From Bacteroidota bacterium (GTDB taxonomy: Bacteria; Bacteroidota; Bacteroidia; Bacteroidales; JAGONC01), in the NCBI GenBank assembly GCA_026391695.1, contig JAPLDP010000077.1, positions 6,462 to 70,461 on the forward strand: a stretch of 64,000 bases of DNA. Reading direction: 5' to 3'. Position 1 is the first letter of the stretch, and every line of letters begins with the position of its first letter. The position numbers and the translations under genes are program-made. Positions 1 through 9,479 of this stretch are shown here, piece by piece. Under the pieces are notes generated by a model. The model ran no database searches. It saw only the letters and a list, made by a program, of their open reading frames with translations, and was not told the DNA's origin.

Positions 1-60
1 CATAATAATATAAGCCAGAACTGAAAATTTGAGCAGTTTGAATGATGCGATATTTTTCAT
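1..60 (-). CDS. 5' end of an unidentified gene running off the left edge (hydrophobic N-terminus MKNIASFKLLKFSVLAYIIM)
   Basis: ATG at 58-60 on the minus strand, about 40 nt downstream of the yidD stop, open to the window edge. Only 20 codons are visible, so no product can be called. Confidence 0.25.
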   Translation of the reverse strand, partial: MKNIASFKLLKFSVLAYIIM

Positions 61-99
61 TGGGTTATATATTTTTAAGATGATGTGATAGTCAAGATT

Positions 100-321
100 T
101 TAAGGTACGGGATCATATCCACTGCCCCCCCAAGGGTGACAGGAAAGCACACGTTTTAATGTCAACCACCCCCCTCTGAAGGGCCCATGTTTTTTTATGG
201 CCTCTATGCCATAAGCTGAACAGGTGGGCGTGTACCTGCAAGATGGAGGGAAGAATGGTGATATGGTAACTTGGTACAGGCGAATGAATAAAATCATCAA
301 CTTACCAAGTAGCTCCTTCAT
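100..321 (-). CDS. yidD: membrane protein insertion efficiency factor YidD
   Basis: 73-aa ORF with the YidD signature [20 protein letters not shown]...[10 protein letters not shown]. It overlaps rnpA by 20 nt, as in the conserved rnpA-yidD pair. Confidence 0.93.
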   Translation of the reverse strand: MKELLGKLMILFIRLYQVTISPFFPPSCRYTPTCSAYGIEAIKKHGPFRGGWLTLKRVLSCHPWGGSGYDPVP

Positions 322-691
322 ACTCCCTGATTAAACGATGCAAAATTACAATTATTATTGATTCGATTTCTTTGAATGAAACCGCTTTGCTGCCTGAATA
401 GATAAGGGCCAGGGCACATGTTTTACCGGCATGTTCCAGATGGTTGTATAAAACTGATTTATTCTTCCTGTATGCTTCTCGCATCAGCCGTTTCAGTTTA
501 TTCCTGTCAACAGCCCTGGGAAAGTTGCGCTTATTGACAGTTATAAGAACCTGAACCGGATATTCAGATGAAAGCTCAGCGCAAATCCAGGTGACTTTAA
601 TGGGGTAAATAAAAAAATTGTTGCCCTTTTTAAAAAGAGTGGAGATAAGCTTAAGGTTGCACAGTCTTTCTTCTTTTCTGAAGGATTGCAT
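302..691 (-). CDS. rnpA: ribonuclease P protein component
   Basis: 129-aa basic protein. It has an RnpA-like N-terminus ([20 protein letters not shown]) and an RNR-like motif ([24 protein letters not shown]), and lies upstream of yidD. Confidence 0.9.
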   Translation of the reverse strand: MQSFRKEERLCNLKLISTLFKKGNNFFIYPIKVTWICAELSSEYPVQVLITVNKRNFPRAVDRNKLKRLMREAYRKNKSVLYNHLEHAGKTCALALIYSGSKAVSFKEIESIIIVILHRLIREYEGATW

Positions 692-725
692 GTAAAATCT
701 GGCTCACCGGAAGGTCGTGGTCAGC

Positions 726-1478
726 CTATTTTTTCTTGTTGTTTTTGATAATATATTCATCGATGGCCATAGTCATCGATGGGGCAGTTTTTGTCGGAGC
801 TCCGATATTTACCGTAAGACCTGCTTCCTGAACAGCCTTAGTTGTGGTTGGACCAAAAGCACCAATGAGTCTTTCTCCTTGTCTGAAATCCGGAAAATTT
901 TTATAAAGAGATTTAACACCCGAAGGATTAAAAAAGACTAACAGATCATATTTATCAAGCTCAAGGTCTGATAAATCACAGGCCAGTGTCTTATAAAACA
1001 GGGCCTTAGTATAATTTATCTGGTTCTGCTCCAATAGCTTCGAAAAATTTTGTTTATGAATATCCGAGCAAGGTAAAAGGAATTTTTCGTCTTTATGCTT
1101 TTTAATAATCTCAAGAAGATCGTTGAAATTCTGTTTACCATAAAATATTTTTCTCTTGCGGTACTGAACATATTTCTGAAGATAAAAAGCTGTTACTTCA
1201 GAAATACAGAAATACTTCATTTCATCAGGTATTTCAAGTCGCAGGTCTTTAGATAACCTGAAGAAATGATCTACAGCATTTTTACTCGTAAAGATGACTG
1301 CCGTGTGTTCCAGAATCTGAATCCTCGATTTCCTGAATTCTTTCGCGGTCAATCCTTCGATAGTTATAAAATTATGAAAATCAATTGTGAGATTATGCTT
1401 CTTAGCAAGCTGGATATATGGTGACTTTTCAGCTTCACTAGGTTGCGGCTGTGATATTAAAATACTTTTGATCTTCAA
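726..1478 (-). CDS. hemD: uroporphyrinogen-III synthase family protein (HemD-like, Bacteroidota type)
   Basis: 250-aa ORF with the Bacteroidota HemD-like N-terminus (KSILISQPQP...SPY..LA.K....DF..FI..EG) and FTSKNAVDHFF. It is paired with a DUF4271 gene, as is typical in this phylum. Confidence 0.8.
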   Translation of the reverse strand: MKIKSILISQPQPSEAEKSPYIQLAKKHNLTIDFHNFITIEGLTAKEFRKSRIQILEHTAVIFTSKNAVDHFFRLSKDLRLEIPDEMKYFCISEVTAFYLQKYVQYRKRKIFYGKQNFNDLLEIIKKHKDEKFLLPCSDIHKQNFSKLLEQNQINYTKALFYKTLACDLSDLELDKYDLLVFFNPSGVKSLYKNFPDFRQGERLIGAFGPTTTKAVQEAGLTVNIGAPTKTAPSMTMAIDEYIIKNNKKK

Positions 1479-1539
1479 TGTTTTATGGTTTTTTAACCGA
1501 CATATTTAAGGTTAATTGCAGCTCTGGTTTATGTTAGGA

Positions 1540-2403
1540 TTAACCTATCAGTAACTTGACAACAATAATAACCGGTAAAATTTCGACGGTGCAAAGGTAT
1601 AAAAATAAATAGAATATCGAAAATTTTGAATAGACTATTCCTACGTACAAACCTCTGAAAAGCTTAAAAATGAAAATGATAGCCATTAATATGAGAACGG
1701 AATAAATTAAAATAATAAATCCGGTGTATATTATCATCACCAGAAAAGGCAATATGATGACGCCCAGGTTCAGACTGAAGATCAGTGAATTCAGTAAATA
1801 CCGTGAGGTCGCTTCAGCAGTCTGGAAGACCGTTCTTAACACCCTGATAAGGATATATTTGAACAGAATGAAAAGAATTAATGCCAGAAAAATTTTCAGA
1901 AATGTCATAAGATCATTTCCCAGTGAAACCTTAAAGATAACTTTACCGATAAGAAGGAGTATAAGTGAACAAGAGGAGATATAAACAAATCCAAGACCAA
2001 GGGCAATCTGCTCCTTAAAAAGATTACCATCCCTGATCAGAAAGTTGACCCGTTTTTCTGAATATAGCGACTGAAGAACCTGAAAAAATCTTTTTCTGAA
2101 AAATACCTGTATCCATGCCAGGAGAATGAAACACACAGCAAGCAGAAGAAATATCCAGTCGTTATTGGTACTTTCATAGATTTGTGGCCTGATGTTATGT
2201 GGTTTTAATTCATGGGAAATGAATAATGGAGAACCTGATGGATAGATAGTGATGGTTTCATTACTTACAGGAAACTTAAAGATGGTGCTATCTTCTGAAG
2301 AACATTGCGACGTATCCTGACTGATAAGAACATAATTTTCAGGAAAATTCAAGGTACCGGACATTCCCCCTGAATCTTGCTGTATGATGTTCTCAGGATT
2401 CAT
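1540..2403 (-). CDS. DUF4271-like polytopic membrane protein
   Basis: 287-aa ORF with a soluble N-terminal part followed by about 6 hydrophobic helices. Its position next to hemD matches the DUF4271 family, and it overlaps the upstream Sir2 gene by 11 nt. Confidence 0.7.
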   Translation of the reverse strand: MNPENIIQQDSGGMSGTLNFPENYVLISQDTSQCSSEDSTIFKFPVSNETITIYPSGSPLFISHELKPHNIRPQIYESTNNDWIFLLLAVCFILLAWIQVFFRKRFFQVLQSLYSEKRVNFLIRDGNLFKEQIALGLGFVYISSCSLILLLIGKVIFKVSLGNDLMTFLKIFLALILFILFKYILIRVLRTVFQTAEATSRYLLNSLIFSLNLGVIILPFLVMIIYTGFIILIYSVLILMAIIFIFKLFRGLYVGIVYSKFSIFYLFLYLCTVEILPVIIVVKLLIG

Positions 2404-3157
2404 TGATTAGCATTAGTTTACCCATCTGCCTGGTGATCTCCACCGCCGGACCCTCCAGAAATATATCAGTAAAGGTATCAGAAAAATGGGATTTCCTGAT
2501 ATTGATTTCAATAATTGATGCACCATTATCTTTAGCCATCATAGGAATCTGGGACGCCGGATAGACCTCGCCATCAGTACCGATAATGAGCAAAACATCC
2601 GCTTTTCTGGCTTCTTCGAAGCAACGTTCGACTGTATGCTTTGGAAGCGGCTCATTGAAAAAAACAATCGCAGGTTTCAACAATCCCTTACAGATATAAC
2701 AGGTTGGTGGCAGAAAATTCAGGTCTGTAAAACTGATATCATATTCGGAGGCACATTCCGTACATATTAATTTTTTGGTGCTCCCATGCAACTGAAGAAC
2801 ATTTTTACTGCCCGCCATCTGGTGTAGGTTATCGATATTCAGGGTAATGATCGACTCAAGGATTCCTCTTTTTTGTAGTATGGAAAGAAAATAGTGAGCC
2901 TCGTTAGGTTCGGCCTTTGAAAGGGTTTCATAAAAAATTTCTTTGATTTTCTTCCAGGAAGCGGCTGGCTTTCTGCGAAAGAACTCAATGTCGAGGAAAA
3001 TCGGATCATAGCGTGACCATAGTCCGTTTTCACCCTGGAATGGAGGTATACCGCTTGCTACAGAGATGCCGGCACCGGTGAATGCCACACCAAATCGCGA
3101 TGCCTGAAGAATTGCGACAGCCTCCCTGATCAATTCTGTTTGTTCCTTTTCACCCAT
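2393..3157 (-). CDS. cobB: NAD-dependent protein deacylase, Sir2 family
   Basis: Sirtuin motifs are present: GAGISVASGIPPF, LNIDNLH, the catalytic LQLHGS, and the Zn ribbon CTEC...CYIC. Length is 254 aa. Confidence 0.92.
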   Translation of the reverse strand: MGEKEQTELIREAVAILQASRFGVAFTGAGISVASGIPPFQGENGLWSRYDPIFLDIEFFRRKPAASWKKIKEIFYETLSKAEPNEAHYFLSILQKRGILESIITLNIDNLHQMAGSKNVLQLHGSTKKLICTECASEYDISFTDLNFLPPTCYICKGLLKPAIVFFNEPLPKHTVERCFEEARKADVLLIIGTDGEVYPASQIPMMAKDNGASIIEINIRKSHFSDTFTDIFLEGPAVEITRQMGKLMLINES

Positions 3158-3192
3158 GGCATACGATCAAATTCTATAATCCTACACTGATC

Positions 3193-5874
3193 TTAGAGAT
3201 CTTTTGTTACGTGGACATTTCCACCTTGCTCAAACTGGATCTTGAAGTTATATTTTTTAAAGACGGCGATCATAGGTTTATTATCAAGGGTAGTTTCAGC
3301 GACAATATGATTCATTTTCCAGTCACTGGCAATATCCATACAATACTTGGTAAGGATATTACCCAGATCCTTTCTCTGGTAGGCATCAGTAATCAGCACA
3401 GCATACTCGACAGTATCCATATCCGGATTGGATATGAGCCGTCCAACTCCAGTGAGGCGGCGTCTTCCATCTTCATTTACTTCAGCTACAATTGCAATTT
3501 CCCTGTAGTAATCAATGAAACAGAACTGCGTGGCTATTTCGTGGGCGGCAAAATGAAAATTATACCGGAACCTCGAATAAATCGACTCTTTTGAGCAACT
3601 TGAAAGCATCTCTAGCCACATTGGTTCATCCTCAGGTTTAATAGGTCTCAGGATCACCGGTACACCATCGGCCAGTTTGGTTGTTGTAACATACTTTTCC
3701 GGATAGGGATGGAGAAGAAGATGTGAATATTCCGGAATCGGATGATTGAGTATCTCCTGGTCAATGACAATACGGGCATCAAGAGCAATAACATCCTTTT
3801 CGGTGACCAGGAGCGGATTGATATCCAGTTCTTCAATTTCTGGATAGTCAGCTGCCAGATATGACATTCGGATAAGTATTTCTATAAGCTTTTCTATATT
3901 CTTTCGTGGGCTTCCCCTGTAACCTTCGAGTAGCGGATAAATCTTTAGTGACTTCAGCATATTGACAGCAAGTCTTTCACTCAACGGTGGGAATCCCAAT
4001 GTTTTATCCTTAAACAATTCTGCGCCAATACCACCCATGCCAACAAGCAGCACGGTTCCAAACACCGGATCTTTTTTAATCCCAATGATCAGTTCAACAG
4101 CTCCTTTCGACTCGATCATCGGCTGAATGACCACACCTTCGATTTTGGCTTCCGGACATTTTACCCTCACCGAATCCATCATCTTGCGATAACTTTTGAG
4201 TAATGACTCATTACTCTTGATATCCACAACCACACCGCCAACATCGGTTTTATGTGTAATATCGTGTGAGGAAATTTTCAAAACGACAGGAAATCCGATC
4301 TGGTTGGCAATCTGTAATGCTTCCTCTGATGTCTTGGCCAACTGAGGCCTGGCTGTTGGGATACCATAAATCTCAAGCAACTGTTTGGAATCTGTTTCCG
4401 AAAGGATTTTTTCCTTTACAAATGCTGTCTTCTGAAATTCTTCCTTGATCTTTTGCCGGTCATAAGGGAAAGAAACCGGAACGTCTATTGGTGTTTCAAA
4501 AAGGGTTTCCAGATTTCTTGAATAATCAACCAGTGTCATAAAAGCCCTTATAGCCTGTTCAGGTGTTTGGTACACAGCGATTCCGGCATCGTTGAAAATC
4601 TGGTTGCCGTCTCTCATTACTTTTCCTCCCAGCCAGGCAGCCATGATGGGCTTGGTCGTGTGTTCCGATAATTTGCTGATCAGAAGAGCTGTGTTTGTTG
4701 GATCGGTCATAGCTTGCGGTGTAAGAATGACAAGAACAGCGTCGACGCCGGAATCCTCAAGAACGATTTGAGTAGCTTTTGCGAATCTGTCAGGAGGTGC
4801 GTCTCCCACAATATCAACAGGATTGCCATGTGACCAATACGGGGGAAGAGCAGCATTGAGTTTTTCTATGGTAGCCTGCGATAGTTCTACGAGATTACCT
4901 TTATTTGCAATCAGGGTGTCGGTGGCCATTACACCTGGCCCACCTGCATTGGTAACAATAGCCAGCCTTGATCCTCTGGGGATACGTTTTCTGGAGATCA
5001 GATCTGTAAAGTCAAAGATATCTCCTATATCATACACCCTGGCAATGCCGGCTCGCTGGAACACGGCATCATAAACGGAATCCTCAGATGCCAGTGCACC
5101 TGTATGAGAGGCAGCAGCCTTGGCAGATTCCGGAAATCGTCCGGCTTTATAGACAATGATTGGCTTTTTGCGGGCAAAGGCACGCGCAGCAGTCATGAAT
5201 TTTCTTACATTACTGATGGCCTCAACATAAAGAACTATGGACTTGGTGATTGGATCCTGGCCAAAGTAATCGATAAGATCACCAAATTCAACATCCATGC
5301 TATTACCTATCGAAACGAAGTAGGAAAATCCGACATTCTCTTCATAGGCCCAGTCGAGAACAGATGTACACAAAGCACCTGATTGGGATATGAATGCCAC
5401 ATGTCCTGGTTTGGGCATCCCGGATGCAAAACTGATATTCAATTTAAGGCTCGGTACAATAATACCTAGACAATTAGGCCCGATGACCCGCATACCATCG
5501 AATTTTTTTACCTCTGCTTTAACCTGATCTTCCAGCTTTTTTCCTTCGGGGCCTATCTCCCTGAATCCTGCCGACATAATGATGATGCCCATAATGCCTG
5601 CCTCCCCGCATTCCCTAACCAGTTCCGGAACCCGGTTAGCTGCTGTGGCAATCACAGCCAGGTCGGGCGTTTTCGGTAAACTTTTAACATTTGGATAGCA
5701 CTGTATTCCCAGCACCGCTTCATGTTTGGGATTCACAGGATAGACCACACCATCAAAGCCACCTCCGATAAGGTTTCTGAGTGTGATGCCACTGACGCTC
5801 ATCGGATCATTTTTTACGCCGATTAATGCAATCCGCTGCGGACGGAAAATTTTTTCAAGCTTTCTGATGCCCAT
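3193..5874 (-). CDS. bifunctional acetate--CoA ligase (ADP-forming) family / GNAT N-acetyltransferase, Pat/YfiQ-like protein lysine acetyltransferase
   Basis: 893 aa. It has an N-terminal CoA-binding/succinyl-CoA-synthetase-like flavodoxin region (IALIGV...VYPVNPK, ISQSGAL, ASHTGALAS), a central ATP-grasp (FPVVLKISS.DI.HKTDVGGV) and a C-terminal GNAT (IRPIKPEDEP...YQRKDLG). The architecture and size match Salmonella Pat. Confidence 0.88.
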   Translation of the reverse strand: MGIRKLEKIFRPQRIALIGVKNDPMSVSGITLRNLIGGGFDGVVYPVNPKHEAVLGIQCYPNVKSLPKTPDLAVIATAANRVPELVRECGEAGIMGIIIMSAGFREIGPEGKKLEDQVKAEVKKFDGMRVIGPNCLGIIVPSLKLNISFASGMPKPGHVAFISQSGALCTSVLDWAYEENVGFSYFVSIGNSMDVEFGDLIDYFGQDPITKSIVLYVEAISNVRKFMTAARAFARKKPIIVYKAGRFPESAKAAASHTGALASEDSVYDAVFQRAGIARVYDIGDIFDFTDLISRKRIPRGSRLAIVTNAGGPGVMATDTLIANKGNLVELSQATIEKLNAALPPYWSHGNPVDIVGDAPPDRFAKATQIVLEDSGVDAVLVILTPQAMTDPTNTALLISKLSEHTTKPIMAAWLGGKVMRDGNQIFNDAGIAVYQTPEQAIRAFMTLVDYSRNLETLFETPIDVPVSFPYDRQKIKEEFQKTAFVKEKILSETDSKQLLEIYGIPTARPQLAKTSEEALQIANQIGFPVVLKISSHDITHKTDVGGVVVDIKSNESLLKSYRKMMDSVRVKCPEAKIEGVVIQPMIESKGAVELIIGIKKDPVFGTVLLVGMGGIGAELFKDKTLGFPPLSERLAVNMLKSLKIYPLLEGYRGSPRKNIEKLIEILIRMSYLAADYPEIEELDINPLLVTEKDVIALDARIVIDQEILNHPIPEYSHLLLHPYPEKYVTTTKLADGVPVILRPIKPEDEPMWLEMLSSCSKESIYSRFRYNFHFAAHEIATQFCFIDYYREIAIVAEVNEDGRRRLTGVGRLISNPDMDTVEYAVLITDAYQRKDLGNILTKYCMDIASDWKMNHIVAETTLDNKPMIAVFKKYNFKIQFEQGGNVHVTKDL

Positions 5875-5969
5875 TTTTTTACAGTTAGAATATCCAATAA
5901 TAGAGTTAAAGCAAATGATTTTTTATACTTTTCAAAAGTACTAAACATATCCTCTTATCAGGAAAATTA

Positions 5970-5987
5970 TTGTGAAAAAATTAACAA
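5970..5987. promoter_or_regulatory. Rex/Crp-Fnr-type palindromic operator candidate TTGTGAAAAAATTAACAA upstream of the pat-like gene
   Basis: 18-bp inverted repeat 96-113 nt upstream of the pat ATG. It is one of four copies of ATTGTKA-N6-TAACAAT in this window. Confidence 0.45.
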
Positions 5988-6040
5988 TATGGAGTTGTTA
6001 ATAAACCTTGTAGGTTTTTAATTATTTGTCACTGTGAAAC

Positions 6041-6072
6041 AAAAACCCCCTCTTTGTTGCATAAAAAGGGGG
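6041..6072 (-). terminator. intrinsic terminator after the MFS transporter gene
   Basis: On the minus strand: CCCCCTTTT-loop-AAAGAGGGGG followed by TTTTTGTTT, about 20 nt after the stop at 6096. Confidence 0.75.
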
Positions 6073-6095
6073 TGATAAAAGGTTTTTTTAGCAGA

Positions 6096-7370
6096 TCAGT
6101 TTACCCTCTTTACAGCCGGCTTCACCAGTGAAATGGTTATAACTGCCACAAAGCATAAAATACCACAAATAGTGAATGCCAAGGGGAAATTATCTATATC
6201 ACCGAGTTTTCCTCCAAGTATTGGACCGAAGATACCCCCTATTGCATAGGCCAGAAAGACCCAACCATAATTACGTCCGATATATTTTAATCCAAAAGTG
6301 TCGGCAGTCATGGTTGGGAAAAGGGCAAAATTACCACCAAAATTAAAACCTATGAGCATGGCAAAAATGTACAATGTCGCTATATTCCCTGCCATCCACT
6401 GAAAAAGGATGACAAAAACGCCCTGAGTGGCCATCATGATGATGATTGCAAGTTTTCGTCCTATTTTATCGCTGATGGTTCCCCATAAAATGCGTCCCAA
6501 TCCGTTAAACAGGGCAAAAAACACGGCCATCGCCAGAGTCGCTGTAGCACTGGCCACTTCTTTGGATATTCCGTGTGCCTCAAGTGCTTTCATAGGCCAG
6601 AGTTTCATCAGTCCAATGCTCATCAATCCTGCACTGGCTCCAAATGCGAAAGTAAGAAGTATCAGATAGAACTGGGTGGTCCGCAGCATTTCACTACTGT
6701 CAAAATCTTCAGTAACCGCACCGGGTTTGGACCCTGTTGCAACGGGGGGATTCCAACCTGCCGGTTTCCAGTTCTCCGGCGGGAATGACATCCAGATGCT
6801 TCCAATTAAGACGATGACAAGATAGGCAATACCAAAGGCGATAAAAGTACCGGAAACGCCTATGTGCCTAATCAGTTCCCCTCCTCCCAGCGGACCAAGT
6901 TTATCAGCCAGAGCCATCCAAAGGGTTGCTCCAAAGCCGAATCCGGCAACTGCCAGGCCGGTTATAAGACCTTTTTTCTCAGGATACCACTTGATACCGA
7001 CTGCAATTGGCACGACATAACCAAGACCGATACCGCTTCCACCAATGATTCCAACAAAAATCAGCGTTGTGGCAAAATGTTCTGCACCGAAGATTCCTGA
7101 AAGAATATAACCTGTACCCAGAACAATTCCTCCTGCCATGGCAAGTTTACGGGGCCCTACTGTGAGCAGCATACGGCCAGCAATGACCATGATGATGGCA
7201 AAGAAGGCCAGTCCTGCCGAAAATACCATTTGTGTCTGTGCTTTGGTCCATCCTGCCTCAACCAATGGTTTGGTATAGACCGACCATGCGTAGATGGCAC
7301 CTAATGCCAGTTGAATAAGAATGGCTCCTACCACAATCATTCCTCTATTCTGGACCTTTTGATTTTCCAT
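6096..7370 (-). CDS. MFS transporter, oxalate/formate antiporter (OFA) family
   Basis: 424 aa with about 12 TM helices. The OFA-type N-terminus LALGAIYAWSVYTKPL is present. Confidence 0.85.
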   Translation of the reverse strand: MENQKVQNRGMIVVGAILIQLALGAIYAWSVYTKPLVEAGWTKAQTQMVFSAGLAFFAIIMVIAGRMLLTVGPRKLAMAGGIVLGTGYILSGIFGAEHFATTLIFVGIIGGSGIGLGYVVPIAVGIKWYPEKKGLITGLAVAGFGFGATLWMALADKLGPLGGGELIRHIGVSGTFIAFGIAYLVIVLIGSIWMSFPPENWKPAGWNPPVATGSKPGAVTEDFDSSEMLRTTQFYLILLTFAFGASAGLMSIGLMKLWPMKALEAHGISKEVASATATLAMAVFFALFNGLGRILWGTISDKIGRKLAIIIMMATQGVFVILFQWMAGNIATLYIFAMLIGFNFGGNFALFPTMTADTFGLKYIGRNYGWVFLAYAIGGIFGPILGGKLGDIDNFPLAFTICGILCFVAVITISLVKPAVKRVN

Positions 7371-7480
7371 TGTATTCTGTTTAAATGATTATTATTTTGA
7401 GAGCAAATGTAATACCCGTAAAAAGGCAGATCAAGTCAATTTAGACCTGAAATGCCTTTCTATATCACTGCATTTCTGGA

Positions 7481-9394
7481 CTACCTTTTTACTTCAACTT
7501 TAGCTCCCCTGATAATCTCTTCCACAACGCCCGGATCGAGCAGTGTAGATATATCGCCGAGGTCAGTGGCATCACCCTCGCCAATCTTACGGAGGATACG
7601 GCGCATGATCTTACCTGAACGGGTCTTTGGTAATCCACTGACGACCTGTACAATATCCGGTCTGGCTATGGGTCCGATGAGCTTGGAAACCAGATCCTTA
7701 ATACTCTGTTCAATGGTTTTCTGCTCATTTTCGCTTATTTCCTCACAGGTGACATACGCATAAATGCCCTGTCCTTTAATCGGGTGAGGATAGCCAATGA
7801 CTGCAGATTCATTGACTCTTGGATGCTGATTGATGGCATCTTCAATTTCCGCTGTGCCGATTCTGTGTCCCGAAACATTGATGACATCATCAACACGGCC
7901 AAGGAGGCGGTAATAGCCTTCTTCATCTCGGCGGGCACCGTCACCGGTGAAATACAGTCCCCTGTATGTTGAGAAATAATTCAGCCGGCATCGTTCATGG
8001 TCGCCATAAGTGGTGCGGATCATTCCGGGCCAGGGGAATTTTATACATAGATTGCCTTCAACGCTGTTACCTTTAAGTTCCACGCCTTCATTGTTCATGA
8101 TCACAGGTTGCACACCCGGTAAAGGCAAAGTGGCAAAGGATGGTTTTGTAGGAATAATACCGGCAAGCGGGGTGATGAGGATGCCACCGGTTTCGGTCTG
8201 CCACCAGGTATCGACAATTGGACAGCGTCCTTTACCTACAAGATCATGATACCAGCGCCAAGCTTCTTCGTTGATAGGTTCGCCGACAGAGCCTAATACG
8301 CGAAGTGATCTGAGATCTTTGTTGGTAACCCATTCATTCCCCTGAGCAATAAGTGCGCGGATAGCAGTAGGTGCAGTATAAAATTGGGTGACTTTGTATT
8401 TATCAATGATTTCCCAGAATCTGCCCGGATCAGGATAGGTTGGAACACCTTCGAACATGATGGAGGTAGCACCTGCCAGAAGTGGTCCGTATACAATGTA
8501 AGTATGCCCTGTTACCCAGCCGATATCGGCTGTGCACCAGAACAAGTCGCCATCGCTATACTGGAATACGTTCTTAAAGGTATATTCAGCAAACACCATG
8601 AAACCTCCAATGGTATGCAACACACCTTTTGGCTTTCCTGTAGAACCTGAAGTATACAGGATAAACAGAGTTTCTTCGGCGTCCATAACCTCCGCTTTGT
8701 TTTCTTTGCTGACACCCTGAATAAAATCATCCCACCAGATATCGCGTCCTGGAAGTATATTGACATGATCATTTGTTCTTTTAAAGACGATGGTGTTTTT
8801 TACAGAAGGACAGGTCTGGAGAGCATCGTCAACAACGGATTTCAGAGGTATCGCCTTGGCACCTCTGTAAGCTCCGTCTGAAGTAATGACAAGGTTACAC
8901 TGTGCATCCTGGATGCGGTCGGCAAGTGAGGAAGCTGAAAAACCGGCAAAGACAATTGAATGAATGGCACCAATCCTTGCACAAGCCAGCATTGCGATAG
9001 GTAATTCGAGTATCATAGGAAGATAAATGGATATCCTGTCGCCTTTTTTTATACCAAGACGTAACAGTGCATTGGCAAACTGACAGACCTGTTCATATAA
9101 TTCACCATATGTAAGCTTGCGTTCTTTTTCATTGGGATCGTTAGGTTCCCAAATCAGGGCAATCTGATCTTTACGCATAAAGAGGTTCCTTTCGAAAAGA
9201 TTCTCTGTAATGTTCAATTTGCCATTGATGAACCACTTAATATTAGGTCCTTCAAAATCCCATTCCAGAACTTTATCCCATTTCTTACGCCAGAAGAATG
9301 TTTCGGCTTGCTCGCCCCAGAAACCTTCGGGATCAGCGACACTTTTTTCATAGGTTTGAATGTATTCTCCTAGACTCGTGATCTTCTTCGTCAT
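7481..9394 (-). CDS. acs: acetyl-CoA synthetase (AMP-forming)
   Basis: 637 aa with the AMP-binding motif YTSGSTGKPKGV, plus TGD..RRDEEGYY..GRVDDV and the C-terminal PKTRSGKIMRRILRKI. The regulatory Lys595 codon is at 7610-7612. Confidence 0.97.
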   Translation of the reverse strand: MTKKITSLGEYIQTYEKSVADPEGFWGEQAETFFWRKKWDKVLEWDFEGPNIKWFINGKLNITENLFERNLFMRKDQIALIWEPNDPNEKERKLTYGELYEQVCQFANALLRLGIKKGDRISIYLPMILELPIAMLACARIGAIHSIVFAGFSASSLADRIQDAQCNLVITSDGAYRGAKAIPLKSVVDDALQTCPSVKNTIVFKRTNDHVNILPGRDIWWDDFIQGVSKENKAEVMDAEETLFILYTSGSTGKPKGVLHTIGGFMVFAEYTFKNVFQYSDGDLFWCTADIGWVTGHTYIVYGPLLAGATSIMFEGVPTYPDPGRFWEIIDKYKVTQFYTAPTAIRALIAQGNEWVTNKDLRSLRVLGSVGEPINEEAWRWYHDLVGKGRCPIVDTWWQTETGGILITPLAGIIPTKPSFATLPLPGVQPVIMNNEGVELKGNSVEGNLCIKFPWPGMIRTTYGDHERCRLNYFSTYRGLYFTGDGARRDEEGYYRLLGRVDDVINVSGHRIGTAEIEDAINQHPRVNESAVIGYPHPIKGQGIYAYVTCEEISENEQKTIEQSIKDLVSKLIGPIARPDIVQVVSGLPKTRSGKIMRRILRKIGEGDATDLGDISTLLDPGVVEEIIRGAKVEVKR

Positions 9395-9479
9395 AATTGT
9401 ATTATTTTTAGTTAATAACTGTATTAAATTGTTTTATCGATAGAAAGAATCATATTAATATGCTCCAACGTGAAAATTA

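Noticed and set aside
717-1984. Plus-strand ORFs 717-941 and 1724-1984
   Set aside because: They are fully antisense to hemD and to the DUF4271 membrane protein, with no independent support.
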